DNA of 63,968 nt from the NCBI GenBank assembly GCA_010015585.1, contig ML975164.1, one strand, 5' to 3'. Source of the DNA: Eremomyces bilateralis CBS 781.70. Taxonomy: Eukaryota. Under the pieces are notes generated by a model that had not been told where the DNA came from, did no database searches, and saw only the letters and a list, made by a program, of their open reading frames with translations. How positions within the stretch are numbered: position 1 is the stretch's first letter; each line of letters starts with the position of its first letter. Below, in pieces: positions 1 to 13,068 of this stretch. Made by a program: the position numbers and the translations under genes.

Positions 1-1471
1 CATTGTTTATCTACCACTCTATCTCACTATCTTACGCTATTATCCCACGCCCACCACTGGTGGGGTGCTTTGTGTGTGTTGATCGATCTGCGAGGGTGCT
101 TGGGCCGTCCCTGAACTTGCTGCAAGGAGTGAACTTGTGGCTTTGCTATCACCTGCATCTCCCAAACCGCAGAGAATAGGTTCGGTTCTTATGGGTGGTT
201 GGAATCCATTGGCAGTCCAATGCGATGGTTAGTGGCCAGATCGACCTAGTATGTAATACTCATTCGTGAGCAACCCCCATCAAATGACACTCAATCGAGC
301 GACTCACCATCTCATATAGTATCCATCCCGACAAAGATCGTGTTCAAACTGAGTTTTCGGTCCCTGGAGTTGGGTTTTCATCTCCTAACAACCGACAATA
401 ATTGGGAACTCGACGCACTTTCTGGTCAATGTTTCTGGTACTGGCTTCAGCGAATTCGCAGCGGGAGGGATTGCTTCGGGCCGGGATCTCCGGGATCTTC
501 AAGCATGTCATCTCCGCAGCTTCGAGAATATAAACCATTTCGTATCGTAGGACTCATATATTTCTGGGGGCGCTGGTGCAGTCAGCGCATTTGAGTCTTC
601 CGAGACAATCGACTGCTTCATGCAGCCCGCTCTGAGGGCATGACCCCGTTCGTATTTGCTCACCCAGCAGTGAATTTGACGGTTATCACGCATTCTCTGA
701 CGGGGCAGCCAGTCATTGTCGTCCGCTATATCAAGCAGACCAACTACGATACCGCAACAGACATCCTTGCGTGTATGCTAGCTCTTTCTGCGCCGGGTGG
801 AACATGAGCGCAAGATGTTGGTAGGGGCCTTTAGACGTAGATGTCACTCACCAGCACAGCGCAAAGATAAAATCCTTCACTCCACCATGGAGAGAGAGAA
901 ATTAGAGGGATAGCTTGGACCTGGGTGGGCCCATTGGCATTGAAGATACATGGTTAAAGAAGACGCTTGTGAAGCTTGAAGAGGATAAACAGAGACAAAA
1001 CGCGCTTCGAGAGTACTTGGTCAAGCTATTACCATAAAGAAGGGATTAACTCATAGGACGTGCGCCAAAACGAAGATCTCGTGATGGCCGCACTGATTCC
1101 ACTGATCCATCACAGATTTTTAAACCTTGGAGTGCTACGACGTGCTATTCAAAGCTTGAGCGAGCATTCTCTTGGAACACACCTGTGTAGAACTAATGTT
1201 AAGGCCTAGCTCGTCTTCATTTGAGGCTTGAGTGAGGTCCACACCACTACGTAGTAGTGTCGGTCCGCGAGAGCCATAATAGTGGAGCCACTTCATGACT
1301 GATTTAGGTACGCTGTGATTTGAGAAAACAAACGAGACCGCGGTGTATAAATCTGGCTTCTGGAACCTTACTTCTATCATTCTCAAAAACCAACTATGTT
1401 GACCTGTACCGGCTTAGCGATAGAAGCAATGAAATCTCGTTTTTTGACTCGATATATACATGAAATGTCCG

Positions 1472-2128
1472 TTATAGCTTTTTAGGTGCTTCAGACTTGA
1501 CTTTGCCAAGACCAGTGATAACAGCAGGGCGGGATTTCAAAGTGTTCAGCCATGCATGGACATTGGGAAAGTCCTTCTTTAAATCAATCGCATCTCCTGC
1601 CAACCACGGAATGATATCAAACCAGGGGATAAATGCAGTATCCGCATAACTGTACGTGTCATTCACCAGGTACTGATGCCCTTCAAGAACTCCATTCAAC
1701 ACACCCGACACGCGGCGAATTTCGTTGATATACCGATCAAAGGCACTCTGAATATGCTCCTTATGGTGGATCTTGAACCACACAGCCTGACCAAAGTACG
1801 GCCCTTGGCCAGATGCTTGGAAATGGAGCCACTGTTTGGCATAGTAGTACTCTGGGGTACCAGGAGGGAAGCTGATTGTTCTGTTTTCGTCGTATTTCTC
1901 CACCAGGTATTCGATGATTGCCGCCGACTCCCATAGAGTTATCCCAGTGTTAGGGTCTTCAATCGCGGGAACTCGCCCATTGGGATTGATCTTTTCATAA
2001 GCGGGTTGCTTCATTTCGGGAAACTTGAGCAGTTTGACCTCATATGGGATGTTGAGTTCTTCAAGAACCATAACGACCTTTTTAGGGTTGGGGCCAGCGT
2101 GGTGGCCATAGAGAATGATGGGCTTCAT
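1472..2128 (-). CDS. Glutathione S-transferase (fungal Ure2-like/GST II type)
   Basis: Intronless ORF from ATG 2128 (MKPIILYGHHAGPNPKKV), with GST N-domain motif INPNGRVPAIED..TLWESAAIIEYL and C-domain WLHFQASGQGPYFGQ..YSYADTAFIPW. Confidence 0.93.
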   Translation of the reverse strand: MKPIILYGHHAGPNPKKVVMVLEELNIPYEVKLLKFPEMKQPAYEKINPNGRVPAIEDPNTGITLWESAAIIEYLVEKYDENRTISFPPGTPEYYYAKQWLHFQASGQGPYFGQAVWFKIHHKEHIQSAFDRYINEIRRVSGVLNGVLEGHQYLVNDTYSYADTAFIPWFDIIPWLAGDAIDLKKDFPNVHAWLNTLKSRPAVITGLGKVKSEAPKKL

Positions 2129-2933
2129 GGTGATTGAGGAGAGAGAACTGAGGGTTGGAAACAAGTAGGAGGTAGTTATGGATTGAGAAGTTTTACAATT
2201 TTTTGTTGAATTGAATGAGGTTAAATAAGTACTTTCTGTCACAGAACATCTGTGTACCTTGACCATTATGTATGGTTATCGCCTTCTCATCCTAACTCCG
2301 CCCCTAACTCCATACATTTGGGGGCCATATGTCCACTCATTCTGTATACGAAGACCTCAGGAATCCCCTATTTACGAAGTCCTCCTGCTCTTTAGGATCA
2401 AGGAAAATATATGCGCCTTCTTCTCTATATCTCATGGTGTTTTCCCCTCGTATCCCTGTACGAATCACCTGAATTGGCGAAATCTCCATTATCGCACACT
2501 TTCATCTCCAACTCGCTCGCAACGGAGGCTGTTCACGTACATACTTAGGAACCTTCGGTTGAGTGAAGGCCGCAGGTGATGGCGCCAGATGATTCTAGCT
2601 CAACAGGAACCTTGGCAAGTTGGCACTTGCCAGGGCTCTATGATAGTCTATACCCTATGGGCCAATTAATTAGCATCTATGGGATTATTGACGAATCGCC
2701 TCCTGTGGAGCCTTGAGGAGCATTATAGTTCGATTTGTCACCTCGCGCTCCGCGCTCCGCGCTTCGGTATTCGGTTTTTGTCAGAGTTCCTACATCATGA
2801 CAGTGACCAATTATAGTAAACTTCCGATATATAACCCTCTCTCCTCACACTCTGAAGTCACCTAAGCTCACATCCAAAGATCATCCATTGACTCTATATT
2901 TTTTAGACCTATACTTTCCTGGGCTCTATCACA

Positions 2934-3419
2934 ATGTCGACTACAAACAACATCGCTTTTACTGCTCCTCTGAATCCTGCCGGAGCCGGCCCGACCCTCA
3001 ATTCAGAACAAATTTGGGCTGGCCTGCTCCTCAAAATTCGTTCCGCCGAGACCTTTGTTCCAAGTGCCATCCAATCTACCATTGTGGTTTCCGAATCTAC
3101 GGACCCATCCACGGGGAACCTAGTCACTGTCCGCGAAGTCGTCTTCCGCGAGAACCAGCGCCAAGTTACGGAGACGGTCACAGCATACGAACCTTCCAGG
3201 GTGGTCTTCGTCCAGCCAGATGGAAGTACCATCAACAATGTAATTAGTGAGGGTGCAGACGGGGAGCTGTACATGACCTTTACCTTTGAATGGAGACACT
3301 CAGGGGCCTCTAAGGCAGAGCGTGCGGCCTTCTTGGAGCGGGAGAAGAAGATGAGCAAGCTCGCGGTGGAAGGGACTATTACGGTGTTGAAGGAGTTGGC
3401 CAAGGATAGGAAGATTTGA
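2934..3419 (+). CDS. DUF1857/AtaL-like SRPBCC (START-like) fold protein
   Basis: 161-aa ORF after a CACAATG context with TATATAA at about 2828. Motifs QIWAGLLLKIRSAETFVP, REVVF and NVISEGADGELYMTFTFEW resemble fungal DUF1857 proteins. Divergent from the GST. Confidence 0.75.
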   Translation: MSTTNNIAFTAPLNPAGAGPTLNSEQIWAGLLLKIRSAETFVPSAIQSTIVVSESTDPSTGNLVTVREVVFRENQRQVTETVTAYEPSRVVFVQPDGSTINNVISEGADGELYMTFTFEWRHSGASKAERAAFLEREKKMSKLAVEGTITVLKELAKDRKI

Positions 3420-5475
3420 GGGTTCGAAATATTTATGAATAGACTGCCAATTGATTGTCAATCCTATAAAGATTCACCACCAACTGGCTTTTTTGATCCA
3501 CACTCTTTCCCGACAATTCCATGAGCGGCAATTTTCTTCAACACAGCAACTTGCTCCGGATAACAACTCTTCCTCCCAAGAGACCTCGACCGCTGCCACA
3601 GAGGCACGAGGAGCTTATATGAATACCGTGGGAATGTAGGGAGTCTATAGGATAGGGAAGATATGAATAGATCAAAAACACGGAAACGATACGAAATCAA
3701 GCAGACGCCTCCGGGAAAGGACATTCAAGCGAGGGCAGCCTCAACCCGAAAGAACTAAGCAATGACAGACTGAGTCGGATCGACTTCAGTGGTCCGATGA
3801 TCTCTTCATCCTTCTCTTTAGCACCAGCGACAAGTTCTGCGCGCGCCTTCTCAAGCACTTAGTTAATAAAGTTCATGAAGCTGAGGAGGAAATCGCACAC
3901 CCCACAATGCGGATTTCGGCAGCGTACATGGGAATGAAAACGGGAGTCGCTGTATAATAGACGACAGCGCGCAAGATATACTCGACTTCGAAAAAGAATA
4001 TAAACGAACTCGACAAGTTTAAATTGAGTGACAAGCTGCGAAGAGCTTGGAATGGTATCCGAGATATAGGTAATAGACGACGGGGAAGTATATCGAGGAA
4101 ACGACTTGTGTATAACGAACTGCGTCCCTGGGACGATGGTGGAATGGTAACTGGAGTGATAGGTGCACAGAAAGACTCAGAGGAACTGAGTTCGAATCTG
4201 TGCAAAAGTCACTATAGGAAATCTTTTCTGTCACACCGCCCAGGGAAGCCCCCCGGAACACTTTTCCACAAGCCTCACGACGACTCCTCAATTGACCAGA
4301 AACAAATACAACGGACATTTTCGGCAACAGACATTTTCCAAAAACGAAAAAACCAAAGCGGAGTGAGGGATAATAACCCCAACGGACAAAAAGGGCTCAG
4401 CCAGCCCAAAAATCAACCAAGAGATAACTTGCGACGGGGAGCAATATTGCTGTATTGCTCCAAGAAGGAGAGCCACGAAGGCAAAAAACGAAAGGACAAT
4501 TACTACCACAAAGGAGGAGGCGGGGTTTTAATACGTACCCATAGCCCTGGCAATGGGAAACTTTTATCCGCGACATACTAAATAGTCAAATGACCGTGTT
4601 CATAGACCCTAACGGGAACCGGATAGCACGTTAAATTGAATTATTATTATTATATAACGAACTGCAAACCACAGTCACCCAACAAGCTCCGAAGAGCATT
4701 CCACGAACCTCTAAATTCTATCAACGACTATGTGGAGAAGGGTAAGGTAACTACTTCCGCCAGAAGCTCCGTTAAACTACCAATACATGTTGCGATGGTG
4801 GATATCAATGTAAACGAAGGTAGAAGAAGATCCGCAAATCCCAGCGGACCCGTCGACCTTGAAAGAAGCCCCAGACCTGGTCAGAGAGGCTGGTGACACC
4901 ACATCCAGTGACGATACGGATTAACAAAAGACTTGAATTCCCTCGCCAGAACAATCTGCTTCGGACTCATTCCCCAGATGACGCCATTCGCTGTGTTACA
5001 TGCCTGCCTGCCTGCCTGCCATCCTCTGTATGCTCCACAAACGCTCCGCTTCGGGCATCTGCGGGTAGTAGTGCCCTCACTCTCCCCATCCAGATAACAA
5101 CGTCGCTCACAGACCGTCTCCGTTTGTTGCGCGGTAAAGTGGATGGATGTCCAGTGGAGTCCAGCCGAGACGAGCTGAGAAAGGATGATCCACCCGACGG
5201 GGGGAGAAAAAAACAAAGGAGATTCGTAAAAGATACGTGATGTGATGTTGATAGGTCGCCCTTCCCACAAGGTATTCCCGCCGCCGCACTCGCCGGTGTG
5301 CTGTTGCTGTGTTTCTAAGAATCCCCACTGCTACGCACCTCCGTGCCGCGATGGCCAGGATGTATGGAGAACGCCGAATGATGAATGATAAAAACAGGGG
5401 TGGGCGCGCCCGAAATAAAGAAACAATCGCCAATCGCTGCTGAAGAAGATAAAAATATAGAAAGGAAAAGGAAAA

Positions 5476-8386
5476 TCAAGGAGTGACTCGGGCGCCGCCG
5501 TCGCCCTTCGCGCCCTTCACCGCCAGCATCCCCTCAACCTTCGCCCTCACCCTCGCCCCGCTCAATGGCAACTTATACTTCAACACCCCCCGCACAATCA
5601 GCTGAAACGGATGCTGAATGACCCGCTCCCACCGCTCCGTCCCCCCCGCCTCCGTCTTGTTCCCGGGCTTCATCAGCCGTAGCTCCCCCTGCGCGGCGTG
5701 GGGTTGGCGGGAGAACGGGGCGCCGTCGAAGGTGAGAGGAGAGTCGAAGTGGAAGATGCGTCCGAGGAGCATGGTTTGCGTGGTGTTGGAGGGGGGATCC
5801 GTGGGAAGGGGCGGGTCGAGGGGGGAGTCGTCGGTGGGGTGGAGGGGGGCGTTGGAGCGTTGGATGCGCCGCCGCCGCTCCGCCGTCGTGCCGATGCCGA
5901 TTTCCCCCTTGGGTGGAGACCCGCGTTCCGCACCCGACCGGCCGCCCGCGTCGTCCTCCCGTCCATCCCACCACCAGCGCTCGCTCCCCACATAACTACT
6001 CTTCGCGAAGATATTCACGTCCATCTCGCTGATGCTGATGCCTAAAAAGTTCGGATTCACCGCCTCCACCAGGAGATCCAGCATCAGCTCCTGCTCCGTC
6101 GCTAGCACGTTCTGGATCTCCACGACCGACACCCCGTAGAGCGCCTTCGTCGTCGCGAAGAGGAACCCCACGCCGCCGAACCCGACGAGTAGCAGCGCGA
6201 TCGTGACCACCACGCACACCGTCATTCCCGACGCGAACGACCGTCGCCGGTGCTGCGACCCGCGGAACTCCTGCCCGAACGGCTGCCGCGAATTACTCCC
6301 TGGGGTCCGCATCCCCCGTGAACTCCGCGGCGTTCGCACCGTCCCGACGAGCGGCGTGCGTTCATCGTCACCCTCGCCGTCCATATCGTACGAGTTCCCT
6401 AGGCCCTCGAGCTTCCGAAACCGGTTGCCGTTGCCGTTATGCGGATACTTCGGGGACGACGGCCGCGAGGAGTGGTGGGACGACAGGGTGGGGTTGATTC
6501 CCGTGGCGGTCCGCGACTTGGCGGTGCCGTGCGCGAGGAACGGTCCGTTGTCGTCGTCGAGGATCGATCCGTAGCCTTGGCCCCGCCCGCGGCTGATGTG
6601 GTGATGGTGGGCGCTACCGCCGGTGCGCGAGGCAGTGGTGCGGATGGTACCGCCGTCGGGGCGGTCCGCGCCGTCGTCTTCGGGCCCGGAGGAGGTGTAG
6701 GGGTTGTTGGTGAACTTCATGCTGCGCTTACTGGGGACGGCGCGCTGGCCGTCGAGGACGGTGCCCATGGAGCGGATGGCGCTGCGGGGGTCCGCGAGGC
6801 TGACCATAGAGGTGGCGCTGGGGGTGCGGGAATGGTGGCGACTACGGCGGGGTTGGGGTTCGGGGGGGTTGGATTCGTAGACGAAGGTCTCGTCGGAGTC
6901 AGAGGAGTCGGCTTCGTCGACTGCGTTGGCGACCTTGGCTTCGAAGACGTCTGCTTTGGATGATGCAGGTCCGGACGTCACGCTCGGTGGCTTGCGTACC
7001 ACCCGCTTCCTATCTTTCTTCGGCCGGATCGTCTCGAGGCTCGGCTTGACCCGGATCGTCCCGTTGTTGTCGTTCTTTCCGCTGGCGATCCAATCCTGGG
7101 TACTTCCGCCAAGGGGTGCCTGCGGGATTGACGCGACTGTTTCCGTTTCGACAGTCATATTCTTCGACGGACCTTCCTGCGCGCGTGTATTGGTCGCCGG
7201 GAGGTTGGTGAACGAGCTTTTTTGCCGGACAGCTTTCGGCCTGGGGGTCCTATCCGGATCATCGTCCTGCCTCGGCTTCCTATCTTTTCGTGTCTTGCTA
7301 CTACTATCGCTTCCGCTCTCAGTGGCTCTCGCGCTGCGGTCGTCGGTAAGTTCGGATTGCGATGGCGGAGATCGATAAAGAATCATCGAGTCCGTCGGGC
7401 TATAAAATCGAGTTAGCCACACGTCCTGCTATATTTACGTGCTGTAATCCCCATCTAGCGTCCTACCTTTGCAACGTAATCGACTCCACCATCGCCCCCT
7501 CATCTGGCGGACTCCCCTCCTGCACCGTCTCCAACGTCCGCGCACCACTCGCCGCCCGTCCCGCCCCGCCCTTCATCGCCGACGCCTCCGGATCCTGCGC
7601 CGACCCCTTCGCCTTCAGCGCGTCCAGATCCTCTTCCTCCACCTGCGGCGGCGTCGACGACGTGACGATCAGATTCGGCGCATCCAGCGAACCCTCGGGC
7701 TTCCGGCGCTGGGATCGCGGGCTCTGGTGGCGGGGGGTGGTCGCGCGCGAGGAGTCGGCGCTGGGGGCGGTGATGGGTTTTGCGGAGGAGCGGGGGATCT
7801 TGGAGGAGGGGTCGGGGGAGGGGGTGTTAGTCGTTGGTTGGGGGGNNNNNNNNNNNNNNNNNNNNNNNNNNNNNNNNNNNNNNNNNNNNNNNNNNNNNNN
7901 NNNNNNNNNNNNNNNNNNNNNNNNNNNNNNNNNNNNNNNNNNNNNNNNNNNNNNNNNNNNNNNNNNNNNNNNNNNGCTGTCGCGGGCGGAGCGGATGGGG
8001 CGGGAGGTGTTGGAGAGAGTGGGTTGGCGACGAGTTGGGCGGATGGGGGAGGAGTCGCGGGAGCTGAGGGTGCGGGGAGAGGTCCAGCCTGGGTTGTTGA
8101 GGGACGGGATTGTGGAGAGGGCGGTGTTGGTCGTGGTCGTGGTCGAGGATGGGTGAGAGGTGATGGACGAAGGGGGTACGGGGTTGGAAGTCGGAGGTTT
8201 CGAGGTCGCGATGGACGGAGGTACGGATGTGGAAGGAGCTGACTCTGATCGATCGGGTGAGCCATCTGGACGTGGCGATGGCCCAGTGGAAGGGTTGCTG
8301 GATGGCATAATGGAGTCGTCGTCCTTGTTCTTCTGCTTCGATGTTGCTGCTACTGCTGTCGGTTCGACTAGCGGATTGGGGGTCAT
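5476..8386 (-). CDS. VAC7: Vacuolar segregation protein Vac7 (Fab1 activator); intron 7400-7466; assembly gap 7846-7975
   Basis: SKADVFEAKVANAVDEADSSDSDETFVYESNP motif, a single TM helix (VVVTIALLLVGFGGVGFLF), then IQNVLATEQELMLDL..AVNPN and TMLLGRIFHFDSPLTF..HPFQLIVRGVLKY. Intron reads GTAGGA...GCTAAC...TAG. Confidence 0.88.
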
Positions 8387-8724
8387 GACGCCAGGAGACG
8401 GGGACGGAGGAGGACCAGGGCCAAGTGCGCTGACATGGCAGGAGATCTCTAGGCACGAAAGTAGCCGACAAACCGGAGATACAGAGGATTGGAGGAGCGG
8501 TCAAAGGTAGTTAGGACAGTAGCAAATGGGCGGATTCGGAAAAGTTGACGGAGCGAGGTATGGGTGGTGAAAGGAAAGACATAAGCAGCCAACAAGGTGA
8601 TGCCACAAGCCGAAGGTGATGCCAGCGAATAGGAACGGAACGCGGTATTGGTCTGTCTGGCGCGCCGGAGAACAAAGGTATATATCTGCGTCATGCCTCA
8701 GGCAACTAGGCATACATGCCCCTT

Positions 8725-8949
8725 CCTCCGGGGTGAAGAAATTGATGGCCCATACAGCGTTTTCTTCCCGCAAAATAATAACCATCAAAAAGGGTAATTT
8801 AATTCAGACTCTTACGGTAGGTAGATCTAACTTTAAAAATATAATTTGACCTTTAAATCTGCCTTTTAATGTAAGGGTGCGTCGTTGCAGCTCGATTCAG
8901 AACTTAGATTTTGTGTGGTATAGACCATCAATTTCTTCACCCCCGGAGG
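8725..8949. mobile_element. MITE-like element with about 31-bp terminal inverted repeats
   Basis: CCTCCGGGGTGAAGAAATTGATGGCCCATAC (8725-8755) versus the reverse complement of 8918-8949, CCTCCGGGGGTGAAGAAATTGATGGTCTATAC. AT-rich non-coding interior; TT on both flanks. Confidence 0.7.
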
Positions 8950-9607
8950 TTTCCTGTTTCTTTGTTTACTCAACTGGATAGGTAATCCATCCATCCATCC
9001 AGAGTTCCACACCAGTACAGCTGTGCAGGCCGCAGGGACACCATCCACTACAGTCTGCACATCAACATCAAAACAAATTTCCCTGCATAAGACAACATAG
9101 CCGTTGTTCCTTGACTTCAGATTCATTCAATCCCATGCCATTTCTACCTAATCATCCGTCATCAAGTGTCATAACAATCCTCTTCCATCCATTCCGTCCA
9201 TCCCATAAAGTAGTCCCGAAACCCATCCCACCCATCCATGATACAAAGTACTCCCCCCATTCCCAAACCCAGCCATCTTTGCCGTAAAAAACTCCTCGAG
9301 ACGATCGAGTCCCGTCATTGCTTTTGTTGTGGGTGAACAAACGTCTGAATGCGTGATGTTTGTCAAAGCGCAACCCGCTCCAATGCCACCATGTCCACAT
9401 CCCGTGCCATCTCCGACGCCACCGATACGTCGCTTGCCGGACCAAATGATGCCGGCGCCACAATGCGGAGGATGACCTGACGTGACCTGTTCCTTCGAAC
9501 AGCATCACGCAACGACTCGGGTACGCCTTCCACGCAGGCCACGTCGCCTGCCATTGGAGAATCCAACCTCATGACCGATGATCCGGAACCACATCCCTTT
9601 CCCTCGT

Positions 9608-12600
9608 CTAAACCAAATCCATCATATCCACATCCCCTCCACCCTTCCCCCCATCCCCATCCCCCGGCCCCCAATTCCCCTCATACACCGTCGCTCCCGC
9701 CCGCCTCCTTGCTCTCACCCACTGCACCCCTTCCCGACAATACAGCTCATCCACCGTCGGCCGCGTCTCCGGCTCCGGCGCGATCATCCACTGCACCAGC
9801 GCGTCCAGCGACTCCGCGTGCTGCGGGTCCGCCATGAACGGGGGTGGGTGGGGGAGATGCGAAGGGCGGAGTTGTGGTGCGGGGGGCGCCCGGGGCGATT
9901 CGCTGTGGGCGCGCGCGTGCGAGGATCGTGTGAGCCGCGTGCGTGGCGTCGCGTCGACGGGGGCATCGGCGTGGAAGCTCTGGGCGCGCGGACTGCTCGC
10001 CTCGATCGGGTCGCCGCTCGCGTCGCGCGGCAGCATGCTTTCCTCGCTCCAGGTGAGGCTCGGCAGGTCGCGGAGATCGCCGGCGCGCAGCCGCTGCCAG
10101 GACGCGCCGTTGTCCGGGAGGACGATGTTCCCGGCGATCTCGAGCATGATCATGCCGAGGGCGAAGAGGTCGGCAGGCTTGTCGAAGCGGCCGGCGAGAA
10201 CCTCGGGGGCGATGTATTCGCGGTCGCCTTCGCCGTCAATGTTGCGGGGGGCGGGCCAGGAGGAGGCGAGTCCGAAGTCGCCGATTTTGAGGACGCCTTC
10301 CCAGTCGATGAAGATGTTGGCGGGTTTGAGGTCGAGGTGGATGACGTTGCTGGTGTGGATGTAGCCGATGCCCTTGAAATCTGGTCAGCGAATGTCTTCG
10401 TAGAATAGATCAAATAGAAAACCGAGAATGCACATACCTCCGACAACTCCAACAAAATCTTCCAGATCCGAAAATCGTCCAACCGCGCTTTATACCCGGC
10501 CTGTGTCAAGAAATCCTTCAAGTTCCCATTCTCGCAATACTCCGTCTGGATATACAAATAACCCTTCGACTCCCACGAGTCCGCAAACCGCACAATATGA
10601 TCATGCCCGCGCAACGCCCGCAGAACCTCCACCTCCCGCAACTTGTTCTCCCGATCCTTCATCCCGGAGTACGGCCGCTTGCTTTTCTTCACCGCCCACA
10701 CTGCATTCTGCACGGGGGACAGCGACGTCGAAGGGCTGGAGAATTGGAGGAGCATCCCCGGGCGGCGCTCGACGCGGTAGACGAGGGAGAATTCGCCGCT
10801 GCCTTGGAGGGTGACGATGTCGAAGCGGGAGGTCAGGGCGGTGTCGACGTCGTTTTGCGTGACAGACGCAGCAGCGTGGCCTGGGCCAAAACTGAAGTTA
10901 AAGCCGTTCTCGCGTGGAGCGGTGGGTGTGGCGGGTGGGGGTCCGCGGCGGGAAAAGCTACTCTCCGCGTCATTGGGGATGCCTATCGAGGTGGACGGGC
11001 GGTTGAATTCGAAGCTGGAATCGGCCAGCGGGGTGTGCGGTGAACGTCTGCCGGACTCAGAGCCGTTGGGGGGAGTTGCTGAATCGCGCGTCATGTTAGA
11101 AGATTGTCGGAGTGGGTTGAGTGGAGTGTGCGGCTTACAGAATCGATCTTTCTCGGGTGACAGCTCGTCCGTCTGCGTGGGTGCGACAAACGTATCCGCT
11201 CCAAGTGAGGTGCGCCGTCCAAATAGGCTACTTCGCAAGCTGTTCTCCTTCGATCGGCGACTCCCTTCACCGCTGGGCTTGGTTGGGGTCGGAGGAAGTT
11301 CGTCGTTGCTGGACTGGCTATCCATATTCCCGGTTGGAGAATTGCCCATATCATCACCATCAATGCTCAAAAAGCTAGCACGTCTCTGTCCCGGTGCTTG
11401 CGATTCGCGACACCCGAAGATACTGACGCCCTTTCCAAACGAGACGGGGGAAGCGGCAGTCATATGAGGACTATACGGTGTACTCGGCGTCCCGAACTCA
11501 TGTCGCTGTTTCGCACGGTTGATCGGGTGAGGAGAACTCCGCAGCGGCGGGAACGAGACTCGCTTGGACGGCGTGTCGGGCATCTGGTAGCCTCCTATAC
11601 CCCCAGGAGGCGCCACATCCACGTTGCGATGTTTCTTTGAGATCAGCCCCGTCGACATGAACGCGCCTGGAAGGGGTTTGGCATTCTTGTAATCAGGAGT
11701 GGCCTGGCCCTGTGCCTCGAGATTCCTTCCGTTTCCTGCTAACAAACTCTGGACGCGGCCGGCGGCCGGACGGGATGCGCCAATGGGGAGAGATCGAGAG
11801 AAGCTCTCGGCTTGGCTTGCGTTGGAACCGGTGGTAGAAGCTGGAGGGGGCGGAGGGCGGAACATAGCCGGCTGGTGGGACATGTCTTCGCTGACCAGAC
11901 TCGAATTGGATGAAGAAGCGGTGATGGCTTTTGATAAGGGATGCGGGAGGTGTGAAGCCAAAGACGTCGACTTTGTTTTTGGTTGGGACATCTCGAATGG
12001 ATGAGAACTGGTGAATGGCGAACCAGGCTTGGGAGGGGGAGAAGCACCACCAAGCGATGACCCATCCAGTGACATGCGCTGTTTTGCCTTCAAGGCAGCC
12101 GTCGCAGAAAGAAGCGGTTCTCCAGAACTGTGATCGAGCATCTTCACTCGGGAGGGACCGTGGGACTGGGACTGCCGTTGTTGCATGGTCGATCGACGAA
12201 GTGATAAAGATCGCCGAGGTGATGAAACCTTGATAGGAGTGGCGGGTTGCGCCCAATCGATTGTGTCGAAATCTTTGCCGTGGCTGTTTGGTGATCTTGA
12301 AGTGGAGGTAGAGCCGAAATCTTGATTGAAAACATCAAAGTCAGATGCCAACGACGCCCCGTGCAGACTCCTCCGCTTCGCCACCGGACTTCCCGTGCTA
12401 GCTTGATCGAAATTGACATGTCCATCCCCGCGCTTCAACGGGCTACTTCGATGACTATGGTTTAGATGCGAAAAGTCCGGTTTCGGTCTCGGCGTCTCAC
12501 TTGACCTCAACCCCGGAATCTCGAACTTCATCGGCTGCGGCGGTCCACTCCCGTCCACCACCGTCTGCGTCCCCGTCATGTTATGATCGAGGTTCTCCTC

Positions 12601-13068
12601 CCCAAGTGTGGCGTGCTGCTGCGCGTGCGGCGCGACTTTCACATTCCCCAAGCTCGACGACTCGGTGAGCGCGGTGCGCAGCGGACTCTGCGGCGATGTA
12701 CGCGTTCGCGGCGACCGCAGCGCGGCCGGGCGACGGAGGTTGAATTTCGGTTTGCGGGCGGTCGGCTGGGCGTGCGTGTCGGGGATCGGGGTGGCGGTGA
12801 ATTCCAGATGGCGGAACTTGGGGGAGGCCGGGGTGGTGGAGTGTTGCTGATTGTGGAGGAAGAAGGAGGTGGGAGTGTTGGGGGTGCGGCTTGGGGAGTG
12901 GGTGGAGAGGTGGAGGCGGGAGATTTTGGAGGGGGATTTCGAGAGGGAGCGGCGGAGTTTGTCGATGGAGGAAATGCGGGTGAGGTTGGGGTCGTGGGGA
13001 TGGTGGGTTGGTGATGGGGCATGGAGAGTGGCTCCGTTTTCGCGGGAGGGGGAGAAGTTGAAGTCCAT
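9608..13068 (-). CDS. SWE1: Wee1/Swe1 CDK-inhibitory kinase; introns 10373-10437 and probably 11079-11138
   Basis: Long S/P-rich N-terminus with KPLPGAFMSTGLISK and MPDTPSKR. Kinase domain GSGEFSLVYRV, AVKKSK, YIQTEYCENG; after splicing IHLDLKPANIFI, LKIGDFGLA, EGDREYIAPE, MLEIAGNIVLPDNGASWQRLRAGDL. Confidence 0.93.

Noticed and set aside
340..1386. Short ORFs left of the GST
   Set aside because: No recognisable domain or consistent exon structure; at most a relic.
4024..4581. 185-aa ORF
   Set aside because: Starts at TTG, has no recognisable motif, and its K/N/Q-rich composition reflects A-rich non-coding DNA.
4600..4620. ACCCTAAC as a possible telomerase RNA template
   Set aside because: Only an 8-nt match. 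A roughly 2-kb RNA on this strand would run into VAC7, and no pseudoknot or CR4/5 could be supported.
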